From Dehalococcoidia bacterium (GTDB lineage Bacteria; Chloroflexota; Dehalococcoidia; Lucifugimonadales; CATOSD01), in the NCBI GenBank assembly GCA_965203135.1, contig CBDBBO010000003.1, positions 266 through 64,265 on the forward strand: 64,000 bases of DNA. The letters run 5' to 3'. Below are positions 63,501-64,000 of this stretch, one piece after another. The notes below the pieces were generated by a model that did not search any database, was not told the origin of the DNA, and worked only from the letters and a program-made list of their open reading frames with translations. Position 1 is the first letter of the stretch. Each line of letters begins with the position of its first letter. Both the position numbers and the translations under genes were made by a program.

Positions 63501-64000
63501 GTTCCGAGTGGGCGATCGCGTGGTGGGGCTGGGAATCGGCACTTTCAGGCCGGACGCGGTAACGCGGGCGGAGATGGTGGCGCCGGCATCGCCGGATACC
63601 CCGGCGGCTGCTCTGGCTACCGTACCCACTTCTTTCGTTTCCGCGGAGTTGGCCTTCCAGATGTCCGGGTTGGAAAAGGGAGATCGCGTACTTGTTCATA
63701 CCGCGTCAGGCGGTGTGGGGCTGGCGGCCACCCAACTGGTTGAAGCCGCGGGAGCGGAAGTGTTCGCGACGGCCAGCGTAGCCAAGCATGACTACCTGCG
63801 GTCGCTGGGCATATCCCACGTCTACGACAGCCGGAGCACCGTTTTCGGAAGCGAGATTCTGGAGGCCACGGGAGGAGAGGGCGTCGACGTGGTGTTGAAC
63901 AGCCTCACGGGGCCGGGGTTCATCGAAGCCAGCCTCTCGTGCCTGGCCGAGGGCGGCCGCTTTGTGGAGATGGGCAGGCGCGACATCTGGAGCGCCGACG
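57562..64000 (+). CDS. Type I polyketide synthase, 3' end outside window: KS-AT-DH-cMT-psiKR-ER...
   Basis: AGGAGG lies 5 nt before the GTG. Frame 1 was checked open at all sampled points to nt 64000. KS ~57.64-58.9 kb (IAIVGMACRFPG, DTACSSSL, EAHGTGT, KTNVGHLE). AT ~59.3-60.2 kb (GHSLGEFAAA, QAFHS). DH ~60.45-61.3 kb (HPLLG; HQVFGRVVMP). cMT ~61.9-62.5 kb (LRILEVGAGTGSGT). psiKR ~62.6-63.2 kb. ER from ~63.3 kb (GEVRVRVEAAGLNFSD; LVHTASGGVGLAA). Not in the ORF track because it has no stop in the window. Confidence 0.9.
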   Translation, partial: MALDDIAGSSSDIASHSGVGSPSGPAEPIAIVGMACRFPGANSLDEFWQLLESGGNAITEGVPGSGVGRIGQFYPESANQFPACRYAALVDDIDMFDAEFFRISPVEAQLLDPQQRMVLETCWKALEDSLVDPEQLKGSRTGIYLGISNNDYRGVSLAATQQTGAAESLYTVAGTSFNTAAGRVAFALGLQGPAMAVDTACSSSLFALHQAMASLQRDEADLILVGGVQAIFLGQLTQLRARAGMLSPDGQCKAFDASANGFVRGEGCGMVVLKRLADAEADGDRIWGVVLGSAVNQDGTSAGLTVPSGVAQERVIEEALLQAGVAPQDVDFLEAHGTGTEVGDPIELNAAAEVYGRGRDPGNPLLVGSVKTNVGHLEPAAGVAGLMKVLLSMQRGIVPRHLHFNNPNPRLDWDSLPVRIPTENVQWPRVSGRHPRAGISSYGWSGTNVHVVVEGYPSPAEASADKGGMPQPAGAYRTVPVSLPDSPDGPLPVVEGARHARILPLSGKMDDALRDSARSYLSWLDTQSGAAFADGSAVAPGFSDMAWTAGVARSHFERRAAVAFKDAESLRAGLREVVEGTRKPSEDAATKVAFVYTGQGSQWYGMGRTLYEREPVVKDVLDRCERVMLEERGASLLDVMFGAGTAAGDLYDTTWSQPAVYALECALTALWRSIGVEPSVAIGHSLGEFAAAQAAGVFSLEEGLRFVARRGELLSSVPVKGTMAAIFASPEAVAAAVDEHNAAAATAGVSVAVDNGIHQVISGTEAAVKAVSDRFEADEIMVRPLRNQAFHSPLLEPALDDLEQAFNRVEVSPPSLSLVSNVTGKVVAQDESLDGRYWRGHARNAVQFRKGIGEMADLGVDLVVEIGPHAVLGPLVSLVWQSVAEGANDPVVLQSMLRPSSGAFDAEVDDGFVDAVAAAYNAGLSLDFAGLFAGEERRRISVPGYPFQRRRYWVEGTQRRTSGDAHPLLGERHESARGEVMFETEMFPSEPSWLEDHQVFGRVVMPGAVYGAMAATVPFTEGAGASVVEDLQLHVPLVYPEYSPDGDTEEPGRRMQLVVDGSTDSTARTFEVFSKGEDDEWLLHAEGRLSPDSGQWGIVETADLDALKAGLTLQDLSDYYRAKAVSGIDFGPAFRTLEALWGEGSEAVGEIALQDTRGSIYEAIHPLLLDGCFQVLSAARNLSGIGGEATYLPFGWERLRLNGPLPDRLVCHARMRDGVQAPDDDEATAHTPETLIGDLRLYSLEGDVLGELTGFALKRATRAAFLSSTEGLEDLLYEVVWRERPLLGGLRSADPLVGPSAVAASTGAFAEYLSEEGVEIDDRATLLGDMERLSRSYALAALNRLGWQRDAGKVVHPDALREGLRVLPEHARLLERMLRLLADAGVLERGPSGGYGIVVGTEDRLPDEALVDPEAFADRMVELHPHGSSELGLLRRSGGALAEVLRGEVDPLSILFPREGPGAADFYFTAPASRASNRMLADAVAATVADWPEGRRLRILEVGAGTGSGTSVVLPELPDGGFDYVFTDISAGFFAEAEIRFSDSGAPIEYRPLDIERDPADQGFDLHSYDLVIAVNVLHATRDLGETLTNCKSLLAPSGQLLAVESLRGRGWQDMTFGQLDGWWRYSDAYRPNHAVASPEVWLQALADTGFVDSAVLGGESVGDMGPVGSGVILGRGPEHITLAEGVWVLAAHNEAAAVDLAGGFAAQNQKVVVASNSRSDSSPPSGAGVLHAAVDAERRESWSQLLESLPDDVPLHGVVHCSSLEGLGTEATTEQLAQEVRRVGSSALALTQALQDSGVVPVKGLSFITRGAQALERDYMRRSVEELPGATLWGFGKALAREVGHLQPRMIDLDPDASPNIDSLVDELMFPDSETHIAYRSGDRLASRLVRRSDARPRLDLPDEPDWRLVSTAGEGLQGLHTVPATPQPLQSGEVRVRVEAAGLNFSDVLIGMGAVEMDPMLGDEFCGRIAEVADDVSGFRVGDRVVGLGIGTFRPDAVTRAEMVAPASPDTPAAALATVPTSFVSAELAFQMSGLEKGDRVLVHTASGGVGLAATQLVEAAGAEVFATASVAKHDYLRSLGISHVYDSRSTVFGSEILEATGGEGVDVVLNSLTGPGFIEASLSCLAEGGRFVEMGRRDIWSAD

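Noticed and set aside
1-64000. CRISPR arrays, rRNA or tRNA genes, prophage structural genes
   Set aside because: No regularly spaced direct repeats, no rRNA-like conserved stretches, no tRNA-like cloverleaf segments and no capsid, tail or terminase-like ORFs were seen on either strand.

Overview
GC-rich bacterial chromosomal segment with dense coding and many 4-nt ATGA/GTGA start-stop overlaps. I cannot assign taxonomy from sequence alone. No rRNA, tRNA or CRISPR array was recognised.

Layout, left to right:
(1) 1-6434: a battery of signal-peptide proteins built from FN3, cadherin-like and Ig-like modules. Four of them end in Gly-Gly-Leu-stop, and two share a ~385-bp near-identical 3' module.
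(2) 6.7-10.2 kb: a truncated FAD oxidoreductase and a large secreted esterase/thrombospondin-type-3-repeat protein.
(3) 10.3-13.1 kb: an ordinary OmpR/HK two-component pair.
(4) 13.25-15.9 kb: a large surface-protein gene broken into four reading frames.
(5) 16.5-18.9 kb: a soluble GAF-PAS histidine kinase fused in one polypeptide to a receiver and an OmpR-type DNA-binding domain. It is followed by an 88-bp inverted copy of its own 3' end and two adjacent IS elements (19.36-21.6 kb).
(6) 21.7-30.2 kb: an oxidative, lipid-type cluster of amidohydrolase, SDR, GPP34(GOLPH3-like)-cytochrome P450 fusion, MMPL/HpnN-like exporter, KshA-like Rieske oxygenase and serine hydrolase.
(7) 32.5-48.1 kb: a glycan-biosynthesis locus with two NDP-sugar dehydrogenases, an epimerase, three GT4 glycosyltransferases and an AsnB-type amidotransferase. 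It is interrupted by a DUF2283 + PD-(D/E)xK/HEPN-like gene pair and a visibly lower-GC island (two TylF-like methyltransferases, DUF362, CapK-like ligase), and is littered with small dispersed repeats. One repeat is inserted in frame inside a dehydrogenase gene.
(8) 48.2-55.5 kb: housekeeping or accessory enzymes and a VapBC pair.
(9) 55.6-64.0 kb: an alpha/beta hydrolase and an Sfp-type PPTase, divergent from a very large type I PKS gene (KS-AT-DH-cMT-psiKR-ER...). The PKS runs off the window and is absent from the supplied ORF track.

Most long antisense ORFs in the track are Arg/Pro/Gly-rich high-GC shadows.

Best candidates for something new: the reducing C-methylating PKS locus, the GPP34-P450 lipid cluster, the all-in-one kinase/regulator, the GGL-terminated secreted protein set, and the DUF2283/REase-HEPN pair. 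All functional calls come from motif recognition by eye; no searches were run.
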